A stretch of DNA of 64,000 bases from positions 6,054 to 70,053 of IMG/VR virus record IMGVR_UViG_3300021560_000018; one strand, given 5' to 3'. The stretch is from a virus. The position numbers and the translations under genes were made by a program. The notes below the pieces were generated by a model that saw only the letters and a program-made list of their open reading frames with translations, was not told the origin of the DNA and did not search any database. Below are positions 1 through 9,282 of this stretch, in pieces; the first letter of the stretch is position 1, and the number at the start of each line of letters is the position of its first letter.

Positions 1-2115
1 AGTTATGCCGGCAGCGTTGAGGAGAGACAGAGCATTCTTCTGGCCGCCGTACTCCTTCGACAGGTCGGAGACACGACTCCTTACTAGCTGCTGCTGCTGC
101 GTAAGTTGCTGAAGGCCCTGCGTATACTCTAGGTTGGAGGTAACCGCACGATCGAGCGACGGGTTGTAGTTCTGCGTATAGCGCCCGGCCACGCCTAGCA
201 CCTGACCCTGTTGTTCCTTCAGGGCCTGAGTTACCTGGTGGGAGCTAGAGACAACCTTTGCACTAGTCGCTACGATCGAGTTTTGGATCGTGTTATTCAG
301 GTTGCTAAGTGTGGAGTTCTGAATTGCGTTCTGCAGCGAGGCATTGAACTGTTGTGCCGCGTCCTTTGCAGTCAGGAGCTTGTACGCGAGGAACCCAACC
401 CCAGCCGCCGCTATGCTGATCCACCCCCATGGTAGCGCAGCCGCTCCCTCGGACGCTGCCGCAAAGTTCAGCATGCCGTCAGCAGCTCCGGAGGCTCCGA
501 TCTTCTCAAGGCCCGTGGCCACCTTGAGCGCACCGGCCGCTACTCCAGCTAGGATGTTAGTAGTCAGGTAAGCCATGCCAGTAGCTAGTAGACCAATGTA
601 CAGGAGGGCACCATGCGCCGCGAGACCGATACCGATTATAGCCTCGCCGATCTTGGATCCGGTCAGGACCTCCACGAAGTGTGTAGTCGCATTGGCTGCG
701 TTCAGGATAATCTCGGCGTAGCCCGGCATGACCTTCAGGAAGTTGCCCAGAATACCGCCCACATTGCCTATGAAGGTGCCCCAGCCCTGCAGGTCCTTGG
801 AAGAATTGCGAGTAAAGATCGCGAAGCCATTACCTTGCGTCATGGCGTAAGTGAACCTAGCGCCCAGGTCGTCTAGGGCCTTGCCTGCCCCGACCGCAAT
901 AGTCTGCAGAAGACCGGCATTCTTGTTGACTATCTGCAGTCCCTCGCCCAGAAGCGTATACACCGCGGGCTGTACGGCTTGCTGTAGCTTGGTGAATCCT
1001 CCGGTCAGAGGATAGACAAGTTGCCCAGTCATGTCTATCGCCTTGTCCATGTTGACGAAATGCTGGTAGATTATCTGCGTCGTGTCAATGGCGCCAGCCG
1101 CGAACGCCGCGAGAGCTACCCCGGCCGGAATAAGGGTAGCTGCCATCTCGATAATGCCGTCAGCCAGGATGTGGATGCCCGAGGCCGCACCTATGAAGGC
1201 CGGTAGTCCGATGTGAGTCAGGGCACCTGCGAATAGCTGTATCTTACCGCCGAGACCGAACCAGAGATTGCTCGTGTTGCTCCAGAGAGGAATGCCCTTC
1301 GATATGTTGTCCTGGAACATCTTCGAAGCATCGCGGGCTGCTAGCATCGCCGGAGTCAGCTTAGCCCCCATAGCGACAGCCATGTCAACAAGAGTCAGCC
1401 CAAAGGCCCTGGCCGAAGGAACTGCCTTCATGATCAGGTAGTCACCGAACTGGTTCACGTACGGAAGCATGCCCAGAAGTACGTCCGCGAAGCCCGCACT
1501 ATACCGAGTGACGTCACGCGTGTTGACCCCGAAGTCCTCTAGCTTAGGTATGGCCCCATCCCATACCATAGACTGTTCTCTGGCAGCCTCGTTGACCGCC
1601 TTCATTTCGTTCAGCAGATTAGCCTCGGCGTGTGAGGCTGCGTCCATTACCGAGACATCACCCGCCACCGGAACCTTGGTAAAGTCTAGCTCAACCGGGA
1701 TCTTCAGGATCTCGCCAGTTGGACCCAGCTTGGGGAGATTGCCAACATCAAATGTGACAGGAATTGTCTCCGTCAGATTACCAAGCTTACGGAGCTGCTT
1801 AGTCAGGGTAGCGTCGTTGACGTTGAAGTCCATGATGTCGCCGATGCCCGACTGGTCGACCATACGCTTCAAGAATTGCAACTGCGTCATGATCTTGCCA
1901 GGCGGAATATTAACGTCGGCAATGTCAGCGATGCCCATGGAAGCAATCTTGGACTTAAGAGTAGCCAGATCAGAGGACAACGCGGACACGTCAACCCGAC
2001 CCAGGCTAACATCCTGCGCTGCCTTCTTCAAAGCTTCCATCTTCGCGAGCGCCGAGGCGAAGGCAGGACCAGTCAGGTCAGTAGCTGATATTGTGATCTC
2101 TACTTCATTCGGCAT
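1..2115 (-). CDS. tape measure protein, 5' portion (ORF continues past window start)
   Basis: Minus-strand ORF starts at ATG 2115 (MPNEVEITISATDL...) and has no stop before position 1. Ala/Gly/Leu-rich and helical in character. Lies immediately downstream of the G/GT chaperone pair, which is the canonical tape-measure position. Confidence 0.6.
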   Translation of the reverse strand, partial: MPNEVEITISATDLTGPAFASALAKMEALKKAAQDVSLGRVDVSALSSDLATLKSKIASMGIADIADVNIPPGKIMTQLQFLKRMVDQSGIGDIMDFNVNDATLTKQLRKLGNLTETIPVTFDVGNLPKLGPTGEILKIPVELDFTKVPVAGDVSVMDAASHAEANLLNEMKAVNEAAREQSMVWDGAIPKLEDFGVNTRDVTRYSAGFADVLLGMLPYVNQFGDYLIMKAVPSARAFGLTLVDMAVAMGAKLTPAMLAARDASKMFQDNISKGIPLWSNTSNLWFGLGGKIQLFAGALTHIGLPAFIGAASGIHILADGIIEMAATLIPAGVALAAFAAGAIDTTQIIYQHFVNMDKAIDMTGQLVYPLTGGFTKLQQAVQPAVYTLLGEGLQIVNKNAGLLQTIAVGAGKALDDLGARFTYAMTQGNGFAIFTRNSSKDLQGWGTFIGNVGGILGNFLKVMPGYAEIILNAANATTHFVEVLTGSKIGEAIIGIGLAAHGALLYIGLLATGMAYLTTNILAGVAAGALKVATGLEKIGASGAADGMLNFAAASEGAAALPWGWISIAAAGVGFLAYKLLTAKDAAQQFNASLQNAIQNSTLSNLNNTIQNSIVATSAKVVSSSHQVTQALKEQQGQVLGVAGRYTQNYNPSLDRAVTSNLEYTQGLQQLTQQQQLVRSRVSDLSKEYGGQKNALSLLNAAGIT

Positions 2116-2667
2116 AGCCCTCGCCTCCCTCCGGCTTGATGTGGCCTAGCTCGTATATCTTCAGGAGCTTCATAATGCTCGCTTCTTCTTGGTACATGAC
2201 GCTAGGCACGGTATGGAATCTATCGCATAGGTCGATGATCAGCTCGGCCTGCTCCAGCTCAGGAGGCTTGGTAATTAGCCGCCCAGTTGCAGTGATCGCT
2301 CCAGCGAAGTGTTTCCATTCGTGGAGTCTTTTCCCAGTTCGTCACTGACCTGCCACATCACCTTGTTCCAGGATCGCATGAGTTCGCGGACCAGCGGCTG
2401 CTCGTGGACCGCTATCCCCTCAAGAGTCTTGGAAGTTGGCTCGCCGTCTTCTGGGTTCTCCAGGTTCCACTCGACCACCTTGTCAAGGAACAGCTGGAGC
2501 GCCCGGTCATTGTTCTGCTTGGCGGTCACGCTGTCGTCATCGATCCAGCCGGTCATGTCGCTGAACTCCCTGACGGTCAGGCACTTGACCCTTACCACCA
2601 GACCGTACAGCGGGTGGCTTTCGTCGAAGACGAGCTTGTAAATCGTCGGCTCGGGGCGAAACCCCAT
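2105..2667 (-). CDS. tail assembly chaperone GT fusion product via programmed -1 frameshift
   Basis: The -1 frame stays open from the G-rich slip site G GGC GGC (plus coords 2278..2286) for 58 more codons (RLITKPPELEQAELIIDLCDRFHTVPSVMYQEEASIMKLLKIYELGHIKPEGGEGYAE) and stops at 2105..2107, overlapping the tape measure start. This is the classic G/GT arrangement. Confidence 0.4.
2275..2667 (-). CDS. tail assembly chaperone (gpG-like)
   Basis: 130 aa ORF ending ...LQLGG directly upstream of the tape measure gene; size and position are typical of gpG. Confidence 0.55.
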   Translation of the reverse strand: MGFRPEPTIYKLVFDESHPLYGLVVRVKCLTVREFSDMTGWIDDDSVTAKQNNDRALQLFLDKVVEWNLENPEDGEPTSKTLEGIAVHEQPLVRELMRSWNKVMWQVSDELGKDSTNGNTSLERSLQLGG

Positions 2668-2680
2668 GGTAACCGCCTAC

Positions 2681-2709
2681 TTTCCTTTTCGGCCCGCGCG
2701 GGGTATACT
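2681..2709 (+). promoter_or_regulatory. candidate promoter TTTCCT-N17-TATACT for the embedded plus-strand gene
   Basis: -35-like TTTCCT at 2681..2686, 17-nt spacer, -10 TATACT at 2704..2709; the ATG at 2719 would be near-leaderless. Confidence 0.3.
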
Positions 2710-2718
2710 TCCCGCGAC

Positions 2719-2967
2719 ATGAATGGAGGAGTTATGTTCCTGTTGGCTATCTTTTGGTTCTTCGTTCGGCCCTTCGTCAGAAAGGCCAACAACACCAGGA
2801 AGCGCCTGGCGGCAGAGCAGCGTATTGCGCGGCACACCGCTGTAGACGCCCGCGATCGCGCCGCTGGCAAGCCCCGATACCGCAGGGCTGTGCCAGACGG
2901 CCGGTGGTCGGACGCCGAGCGGGCGTACTTCGCGCAACACGCTGTCTCTCCCTACGACCAGGACTAG
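2719..2967 (+). CDS. small membrane protein encoded on the opposite strand inside the tail module
   Basis: ATG at 2719 (alternative ATG at 2734 with GGAGGA 3 nt upstream). N-terminal hydrophobic helix FLLAIFWFFVRPFV followed by a basic tail. The flanking minus-strand ORFs do not cover this interval. Confidence 0.45.
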   Translation: MNGGVMFLLAIFWFFVRPFVRKANNTRKRLAAEQRIARHTAVDARDRAAGKPRYRRAVPDGRWSDAERAYFAQHAVSPYDQD

Positions 2968-3392
2968 GCGTGCGTGGTCCAGGTCGGCGCGTTGCCGTCG
3001 GACAGGGACCCCGGAACCTGCCAGGTCAGCTCGCCGGTGTTCGCACGGGTGATCTGATAGTCGGTGAGGATGTTGTTCACCACCAGGGACGGTAGGCCGG
3101 TCGTCGCGCCGATCGGGTCCAGCTCGACGGAGCGCGTCACGGAGGTGGACGGGACCGTCTTGAACACATCGTGCGAGTTGTTGGCCGCAGTGTTGAACAC
3201 GCCGTTCAGGGTGACCGTGTAGTCGGCGAGGAGCAGGATGCGCTCGTTCGCGAACTTGTCGACACCGGTCACGTCCTGGGTAGCGCGCGGCGTGGTGAAG
3301 GTATAGTTGGTCGTGTCGTTGGTGATTGTCCGAGCGGTACCACCGGAGTCCTGCACCAGTACGGCACCACCGAGACCACTGGTCTTGGCCAT
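2964..3392 (-). CDS. virion/tail protein, N-terminal paralog of the 3877..4833 product
   Basis: 142 aa; N-terminus MAKTSGLGG matches MAKQSGLGD of the upstream gene; Thr/Asn-rich. Confidence 0.4.
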   Translation of the reverse strand: MAKTSGLGGAVLVQDSGGTARTITNDTTNYTFTTPRATQDVTGVDKFANERILLLADYTVTLNGVFNTAANNSHDVFKTVPSTSVTRSVELDPIGATTGLPSLVVNNILTDYQITRANTGELTWQVPGSLSDGNAPTWTTHA

Positions 3393-3397
3393 GAGCC

Positions 3398-3877
3398 CTA
3401 TCCTCTCTTCTCGAACTCAGCCAGCTTTTGCTGGTTATCTGCGCAGTCCTCGACCCAGAACTCGGGCTTTGTGTGGACTCTGGTTTCGATACCGCGCGGG
3501 TTACCCCGCCAGTCGCCGCCCCTGACCAGCCAGTACGGCTCCCGCCCGATTGGCAGGCGGTGCTCGTGAGCTGGACCCGCGAACGGGTTGTTCCCGGGAC
3601 CGTAGATGAACTTGTAGGTGTACTGGTTCAGCCGCTGCATGCTGTACTTGCGGCTCTTGTCGTGCGTCACATAGTAATACTGCTTCTGTCCGAGATCGGT
3701 ACTCGTATCCACCGTGAGCACGAAGCCGTTGATGAAGTCCGGACAGTCCACCTCTTCGCAGGTGGCCGGTCGCCAGTGCGTTGACAGCGGCAGCGACATG
3801 GTGTACGATTGGTAGTACTCTGGGCCCAGCCGAGGCGTGATCCGGTTCAGGCGCGGAGGGATGAAACGTGGAGGCAT
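3398..3877 (-). CDS. hypothetical virion protein
   Basis: 159 aa ORF in the structural operon, start overlapping the upstream gene stop. Confidence 0.45.
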   Translation of the reverse strand: MPPRFIPPRLNRITPRLGPEYYQSYTMSLPLSTHWRPATCEEVDCPDFINGFVLTVDTSTDLGQKQYYYVTHDKSRKYSMQRLNQYTYKFIYGPGNNPFAGPAHEHRLPIGREPYWLVRGGDWRGNPRGIETRVHTKPEFWVEDCADNQQKLAEFEKRG

Positions 3878-4833
3878 TAGAACACCTGCCCTGCGATCGT
3901 GTTGCGGTTCATGACGACAGCGAATTGTGCGAACGAGAACGTTCCGGTTGTGGTCACCTTGATGAACTCGTTCACGGTCGTGTTGTTGGCTACGGCTAGC
4001 CGCTGTGCCTGTGGTACCTGCCCCGGCGTGATCGACCCGAAGTCAAACAGCGTCGTGTAAGTACCGCCGGAGGTCGCACAGTGCGTAATCGTAATGTCGA
4101 TTGAGGTGCCAACAAGGTCGAAGATCTGCAGGTAGGCCTGGGCCCCAAAGGCAGTGCCCGCCAACTGATCGACGAATGAACCGACGGTAGCTGCTGTGTC
4201 GGTACGAATGCCCGCGGTCAGGAGGTTGCCCCATTCCATCCCGAACGAGTCTGCATCCATCTCGATCTGGAAGGTCAGATTCCCCTTGTTGTCGCGGGTA
4301 CCGTCGTAGTTCACCTGCCTGGCGATAAGACAGGCAGCCGGGTTGCTCACGGCCGTACCGCGAGCGTAGATGCAGTTGACGTCGGTACGCGGTAGCGGCG
4401 CCAGGGAGTTATGCTCTGAGCCAAGCGCGAACCAGCTCCAGGTTGGCGCCACCGAGTACGTGATGGCGATGGTTCCGCCAGCAGGAACCTGATAGGTACC
4501 GGCCGTTGTGCCGACCTGTGTGCCGTTCACGACCACCGAGGTCAGGGTGCCACCGGTGATTGTTACGAATACCGTGACGTTGTTCGTGTTCGTGACCGGC
4601 GTAGTCGACGCCGGGAAACCGGGCGTACTGATGGTCGGCGTGTTCTCGAACATGGTCGTGAACTTCCACGACGCGTCTCTCTGCCCGAACAACCTGGCAT
4701 GCGCAACCTGCTTGACGACGGTGGCCTCTAGCAGAGCAGGCCCGCCGCTGATCTGGTCCATCGACGTAATGTCTCCGGACAGGTCGTAACCACCCACCCA
4801 GACGTTGTCGCCGAGGCCTGACTGCTTGGCCAT
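3877..4833 (-). CDS. putative major tail protein with Ig-like segment
   Basis: 318 aa with a Thr/Val-rich beta-strand segment (VTVFVTITGGTLTSVVVNGTQVGTTAGTYQV) resembling the Ig-like insertions of major tail proteins; sits between head-completion genes and the chaperones. Confidence 0.4.
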   Translation of the reverse strand: MAKQSGLGDNVWVGGYDLSGDITSMDQISGGPALLEATVVKQVAHARLFGQRDASWKFTTMFENTPTISTPGFPASTTPVTNTNNVTVFVTITGGTLTSVVVNGTQVGTTAGTYQVPAGGTIAITYSVAPTWSWFALGSEHNSLAPLPRTDVNCIYARGTAVSNPAACLIARQVNYDGTRDNKGNLTFQIEMDADSFGMEWGNLLTAGIRTDTAATVGSFVDQLAGTAFGAQAYLQIFDLVGTSIDITITHCATSGGTYTTLFDFGSITPGQVPQAQRLAVANNTTVNEFIKVTTTGTFSFAQFAVVMNRNTIAGQVF

Positions 4834-4848
4834 TTCCTATCTTGCCTT

Positions 4849-5331
4849 TCAGGGCACCTGGGCCCACATATCGTTGATCTCCACTGGAATCGTAATGGTC
4901 ATAACTCGGAACATCCTGCGGTCGATCTCCACATACCCGGCCGCAGCCGATAGCGGGAAGCCGTACGCTCCCAACAAGTCGATAGCCCGGACGCCGTTCT
5001 GACCGCCAAGCTGGAAGTCAGCAGACAGCTGCCCCATGAGGTAGCTAGCCGCAGCCGTCACATTCGGGTCGATAGCGTCGAATGGCTGCGACATCATAGA
5101 GGTGTAAATACGAGCGTTGATCGTGATGATGCCCGAGGTGGCCGCGAGGCCCGAGGTAGGGATAGGCCGGATGCTCTGTACCCAGATAGAGCAGGACACA
5201 CCATTACTGGCCGGCGCTGACTTCGGCTCGTGACCGTTCACATTATCGAAGTAGCCAGACTGAAGCGCGAAGCTCTCGATGCGGTTGAACACATCGGATA
5301 TCGCCGTGTCAGTAATGTTAGGCGTAGTCAT
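4849..5331 (-). CDS. hypothetical virion protein (neck/tail completion candidate)
   Basis: 160 aa ORF in the structural operon. Confidence 0.4.
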   Translation of the reverse strand: MTTPNITDTAISDVFNRIESFALQSGYFDNVNGHEPKSAPASNGVSCSIWVQSIRPIPTSGLAATSGIITINARIYTSMMSQPFDAIDPNVTAAASYLMGQLSADFQLGGQNGVRAIDLLGAYGFPLSAAAGYVEIDRRMFRVMTITIPVEINDMWAQVP

Positions 5332-5621
5332 GACATCCCCGGAACCGCCAGACCGCTCTTGGCGATCTTCTCGATCGTAGTCTCAGGCTGCTTCCCGATA
5401 TGCCTGAGGCAACAGGGTACGGTCACGCACTGTAGGACCATCTGATTGCCGATGTACTTCTCCTGCCACATCGGAGCCAGGGTGATGGCTGGGCTCACCA
5501 CCTCACCGTACACCGGACGTACCGCGTCCGCAGGAAGGGACGTTCCCTCCTTCTTCTGCATCTCTTCGAAAGCATCTCGGGCTACGATGTACTCGGAGAT
5601 ACAGATCAGACAGTCGTACAA
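5328..5621 (-). CDS. hypothetical virion protein
   Basis: 97 aa ORF whose ends overlap the neighbouring genes (translational coupling). Confidence 0.4.
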   Translation of the reverse strand: MYDCLICISEYIVARDAFEEMQKKEGTSLPADAVRPVYGEVVSPAITLAPMWQEKYIGNQMVLQCVTVPCCLRHIGKQPETTIEKIAKSGLAVPGMS

Positions 5622-5963
5622 TTAACTCACCTTCCCGATGATTTGTTCTGCAGTGGGGGCACGATTCGGGGTATCAGGGTGGTGCTTCGCGCAGAGCTTG
5701 TAAACAACACCCTTGTCGTCAGTGTAATCATAGTGCCCTATCCGAGGACACCAACGTGCATGGCAGTTATGCTTCGCCAGGTTGTGCGAAACAAGGCCCA
5801 AAACACTCAGTCCCATTACACCTGAAAGCCAGTCGTACGGTTCCAAATGCCCGTACTGATTTGCACCATAGTCACCTCCTGTCCAGTGGACAAAGAAGTG
5901 CCAGGTGATAAGCCAGTTATGCATTGAGTTCGTCCAGGTATCTAGGGAGTTCGGCCTCTGCAA
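5622..5963 (-). CDS. hypothetical protein with His/Cys-rich segment
   Basis: 113 aa; segment HNLAKHNCHARWCPRIGHYDYTDDKGVVYKLCAKHH suggests metal binding. Confidence 0.4.
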   Translation of the reverse strand: MQRPNSLDTWTNSMHNWLITWHFFVHWTGGDYGANQYGHLEPYDWLSGVMGLSVLGLVSHNLAKHNCHARWCPRIGHYDYTDDKGVVYKLCAKHHPDTPNRAPTAEQIIGKVS

Positions 5964-6381
5964 TATCGCCTGCGACAGACCGTAGCTCTTGGGTGATGAT
6001 TCGGAATGTGTGATAGCCCTCGAAGCGTGGGGACAGGCCGCGTCTGACCCTGCCAGGCCAGGCTACCATGTTAAGCGCATCTACACCCTCGATCCATGCT
6101 CCGTAACTGACGAGGTCGCCCCTTATCAGCCGCATGTCATCGAAGGCAACGTCTGTGATGCTAGCCGCGAGAGCCCCGGCATTGGGAGGGATCGGGTTAT
6201 GGATCGGGTCACCACCGTTGTGCCCGAGGTACATGTACTGCGTAGGCAGATAGGCACGGATCATCGAGACGCCTCGCTCGGCAATAACCTCCTCGGTGTG
6301 TACCTTGTACCGATGCATGATCATCGGAGCCTCGCCCCTGGCGATAGGCCCGCTGATGTCCACGCTGATCCGGATGCCCAT
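5917..6381 (-). CDS. hypothetical virion protein
   Basis: 154 aa ORF in the structural operon. Confidence 0.4.
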   Translation of the reverse strand: MGIRISVDISGPIARGEAPMIMHRYKVHTEEVIAERGVSMIRAYLPTQYMYLGHNGGDPIHNPIPPNAGALAASITDVAFDDMRLIRGDLVSYGAWIEGVDALNMVAWPGRVRRGLSPRFEGYHTFRIITQELRSVAGDIAEAELPRYLDELNA

Positions 6382-7499
6382 AAGACCACCCGGCTCCTTG
6401 CCTTGCGAACGTAGATGCTCTGTTCTAGCATGGCGATCAGACCCTGGTAGCCAACACCCGCGGCTGCCTCCCGGTTCACACCGTTCATGCGAGCGTTACT
6501 ACCATACCAGGAAGCCGTAGTCTGGACCGAGTAGGCGGATGGCTCGTTGACCGATCCGATTAGCGCCGTAGCCATAGTGAAATCGCGAATAAGACCGGGC
6601 GCTATCGTAACTGAAGCAGCTGCATTGATCAGGTGTGATGCAGCGGTAGTCCCTAGCGAGCCACGCTGTACAGTTAGGAGGCGGTTGGCCCAGATCGAGG
6701 AGTCATTGTGGCCTACGAGCAGGGAACCAGCGTAAGCTCTCTGTACCTGCAGGTTGTTCCCGTAGATAGCCTCGATCAGCATCCACTCTGAGTCAATCAG
6801 GATCACTTCACCTACAGAGAACTTTGTTCCGTCAGGAACAACCAAGATGACGTCGCTCTTCTGCTGCGAAGAGCCGCCCGAGGTCGGGATGATGGTGGTG
6901 TCTACGAATGTGACATCCTGCACGAGCATCCGCTCGGAATCAACCACCATGACATCGCCGACCCCAGGACCGACCGTCGGTCCGGCACTAACCTGGACCG
7001 TCGTCTGAGAAGCGTTCACGGCTACCGCTAGGCTACCGGCCGGAGCTGTCTTGAGCCAGTACCCGAATGACCCCGTGATAGCAATGTCCTGCTGCGGAGT
7101 AGGGTTATTGCCGAACGAGGAGCTCAGATCCCTTCGTAGCTCGATCCAGGTAAAGGGAGGCCCGATGTCGTACGGCTGCAGAAGATAATTGTTGCTCGGG
7201 ATCACCACCGGGGAAGTCAGCAGTGATCCCGAGGTGAACAGCGTCGGCTGTCCGGCCAGTTCCGAACGGTCCAGGTATAGCTTCCAGGGATACGTGTACT
7301 GGTAGTTCGGCCAGTCAAAGTGACGGGTCGCGTCCTCTGGGTAGAACACTCGCTGGCAGACCGAGTCGGCCGTCTCAGACGCTGCCACGATCTTACGATC
7401 GATGGCACGCATGCTTCTCATAGCAGGAGCGTTGTCCAGCGCGCGAATAACCTCATCACGCGTGATGTAGCATGGTCTCGTGACCAGCGAAGTTGCCAT
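6321..7499 (-). CDS. hypothetical structural protein (392 aa)
   Basis: Long ORF with good codon periodicity in the structural operon; no motif recognised. Confidence 0.45.
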   Translation of the reverse strand: MATSLVTRPCYITRDEVIRALDNAPAMRSMRAIDRKIVAASETADSVCQRVFYPEDATRHFDWPNYQYTYPWKLYLDRSELAGQPTLFTSGSLLTSPVVIPSNNYLLQPYDIGPPFTWIELRRDLSSSFGNNPTPQQDIAITGSFGYWLKTAPAGSLAVAVNASQTTVQVSAGPTVGPGVGDVMVVDSERMLVQDVTFVDTTIIPTSGGSSQQKSDVILVVPDGTKFSVGEVILIDSEWMLIEAIYGNNLQVQRAYAGSLLVGHNDSSIWANRLLTVQRGSLGTTAASHLINAAASVTIAPGLIRDFTMATALIGSVNEPSAYSVQTTASWYGSNARMNGVNREAAAGVGYQGLIAMLEQSIYVRKARSRVVLWASGSAWTSAGLSPGARLR

Positions 7500-7595
7500 T
7501 CCTGTGCCTTGCTTTCTTGCCGAGAACCCCGGAGGGTGGGACTGGCTAGCTATTCAGTTGTTAGTAGTATCCGGTGTAGCTGGAGTCGCTCGCGC

Positions 7596-7979
7596 TTATT
7601 CCTCCGAAGAGTCCTGTTGGCGGGCTTGGCCGCGTCCAGTCGCGCGGGTACGTCCAGAAGTCGAACGGGCAGTAGAGGATTGGGCTTGACTGGACGCTTG
7701 GTCCTGTTCGGAGGGGCTCTCCGCATCGGGGGCAGGCGATTGGTTCGACGACTCCGTTGCCTGGGCTGTTGAGCCACTCCGTCCGCGCTTGCTTGCGGAT
7801 GTCGAGGAGCTGGTACCAGGTGATGACTCCTCCTCTCCGTCCTCGGACTGCTCGTCCTCAGACTCTTCCTCGACGGCCTCCTCGGAGACCTCTTCTTCCT
7901 CCGCGACCTCGGGCTGGTCGTACTGGACGTTCTCTCCTGCGGCCGCATTGCTGTAACCGCCGTGCGATGCTCTCGGCAT
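7596..7979 (-). CDS. acidic Ser/Glu-rich disordered protein
   Basis: ATG at 7979 (MPRASHGG...) avoids overlap with the upstream gene; extreme E/S/D composition. Confidence 0.35.
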   Translation of the reverse strand: MPRASHGGYSNAAAGENVQYDQPEVAEEEEVSEEAVEEESEDEQSEDGEEESSPGTSSSTSASKRGRSGSTAQATESSNQSPAPDAESPSEQDQASSQAQSSTARSTSGRTRATGRGQARQQDSSEE

Positions 7980-7995
7980 AATCTCCTCATCTCTA

Positions 7996-8889
7996 TTAGG
8001 CTGCGAATGCTTCCAGGACCACAGGGGCGCCAACGGAGCTAACGTCCCCTACGTTTGTTGTCGTTGTCTGCCCCAGACAAGCTAGTGTCATGCTCTGTCC
8101 GGAAGATATAGCTCCGGCCAAGTCAAGCTGCATAGGACCGGGAGTTAGCCCGGTTAGGTACCACTTGAGCGGACGCGGCGACTGCGTGTTTGCCGAACCG
8201 TCTATGCTGACGTATATCGTTCCAACTAGCGTAGAGGTGCCGTGTACTAGAAGACCGAAACACCACTTTGCGGTAGCCGTTGAAGGCTGTACCGTAGCCA
8301 GGGCCTCGATCGTAACTTTGCCCGATTGAGGGACTACGAACGATATGGTTAGGTTCGTCGTGTCGAACGCTACTAGAGTGGGCTGGCTGATGGTCTTGGC
8401 GGTCAGGGTAGCAGGAGCATAAACTACTGTAGCTAGCTTGGCCCCCGGTATTACGCCCCAAGCCGAAGACTCCGCACTGCCGCTGGCTACCGGAACCAAT
8501 CCTGCCGTAGCCGTACCCGAGGGAAGCGGTAGATACTGCTGGCCCGGCTGGGCTACCGGCACCTGAGCCAGAGCAGACAGACGTTGAGAACTCCCGTTCG
8601 CGATCGGCAGGTAGAACGAGAAGCTAGCAGGGCTTCCAGGCGTCCGACTGTCGAATGTGACCGTCCAGTTCCAGCCGTTCGGCTGTGGCCCAATGGTGTC
8701 GGTAGCGGCCAGCAGGACCCGCGGTGAGCTTCCAGCCCGGAATGTGGAAGTCACCGGGCCAGCTAGGATCTGGTTATTGCCCGGATCCACTATCTCCTGG
8801 CTAGGCGTGAACGTAGCCGTGCCCTGGGTGAGAGGCGCGCCAGACCCATCGAGCAGATCTAGCGTTAGCGTCACGTACTGCACGGCCAT
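7996..8889 (-). CDS. hypothetical structural protein (297 aa)
   Basis: Ala/Thr/Ser/Gly-rich beta-rich ORF in the structural operon. Confidence 0.45.
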   Translation of the reverse strand: MAVQYVTLTLDLLDGSGAPLTQGTATFTPSQEIVDPGNNQILAGPVTSTFRAGSSPRVLLAATDTIGPQPNGWNWTVTFDSRTPGSPASFSFYLPIANGSSQRLSALAQVPVAQPGQQYLPLPSGTATAGLVPVASGSAESSAWGVIPGAKLATVVYAPATLTAKTISQPTLVAFDTTNLTISFVVPQSGKVTIEALATVQPSTATAKWCFGLLVHGTSTLVGTIYVSIDGSANTQSPRPLKWYLTGLTPGPMQLDLAGAISSGQSMTLACLGQTTTTNVGDVSSVGAPVVLEAFAA

Positions 8890-8896
8890 GTCAGCT

Positions 8897-9145
8897 CTAA
8901 CCCTTCTTGCTAGCAGCCTTGGCAGGCTTGTCCGGAGTACCGGCGTCGCCGCTACCGGCCGCGTCCCCGTCCGTAGGCTCCGAGCTACCGGCCGTACCGG
9001 CGTCCGGGGTACCCGCGCTAGGGGTAGCGTCGGCCGAAGCCGCTACGTCGTCCTGAGGGCGGGGCGCCCCACATCCCGGACAAGGATCCACTCCTGGCGT
9101 GATCTCCTTGGTACCGCACGCGGGGCACTCCCATGATGCGTTCAC
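8897..9145 (-). CDS. small zinc-ribbon protein
   Basis: 82 aa; CPACG...CPGCG followed by a low-complexity acidic and basic tail. Confidence 0.4.
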   Translation of the reverse strand: MNASWECPACGTKEITPGVDPCPGCGAPRPQDDVAASADATPSAGTPDAGTAGSSEPTDGDAAGSGDAGTPDKPAKAASKKG

Positions 9146-9282
9146 TTGCTGACCTTGGAGAACCGTGGCCAGAACAGGCCGGTGTTGCCATCGACCTTGC
9201 CCTGTGCATTGAGCACGGTCGTTTCCTTGGACTGATCCGCGTTGCTCACATACGCGGTTGAGATCCTTGGCATGTTTCCTCC

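Noticed and set aside
1469-2149. 226 aa plus-strand ORF
   Set aside because: Lies antisense inside the tape measure gene, which runs the whole interval on the minus strand.
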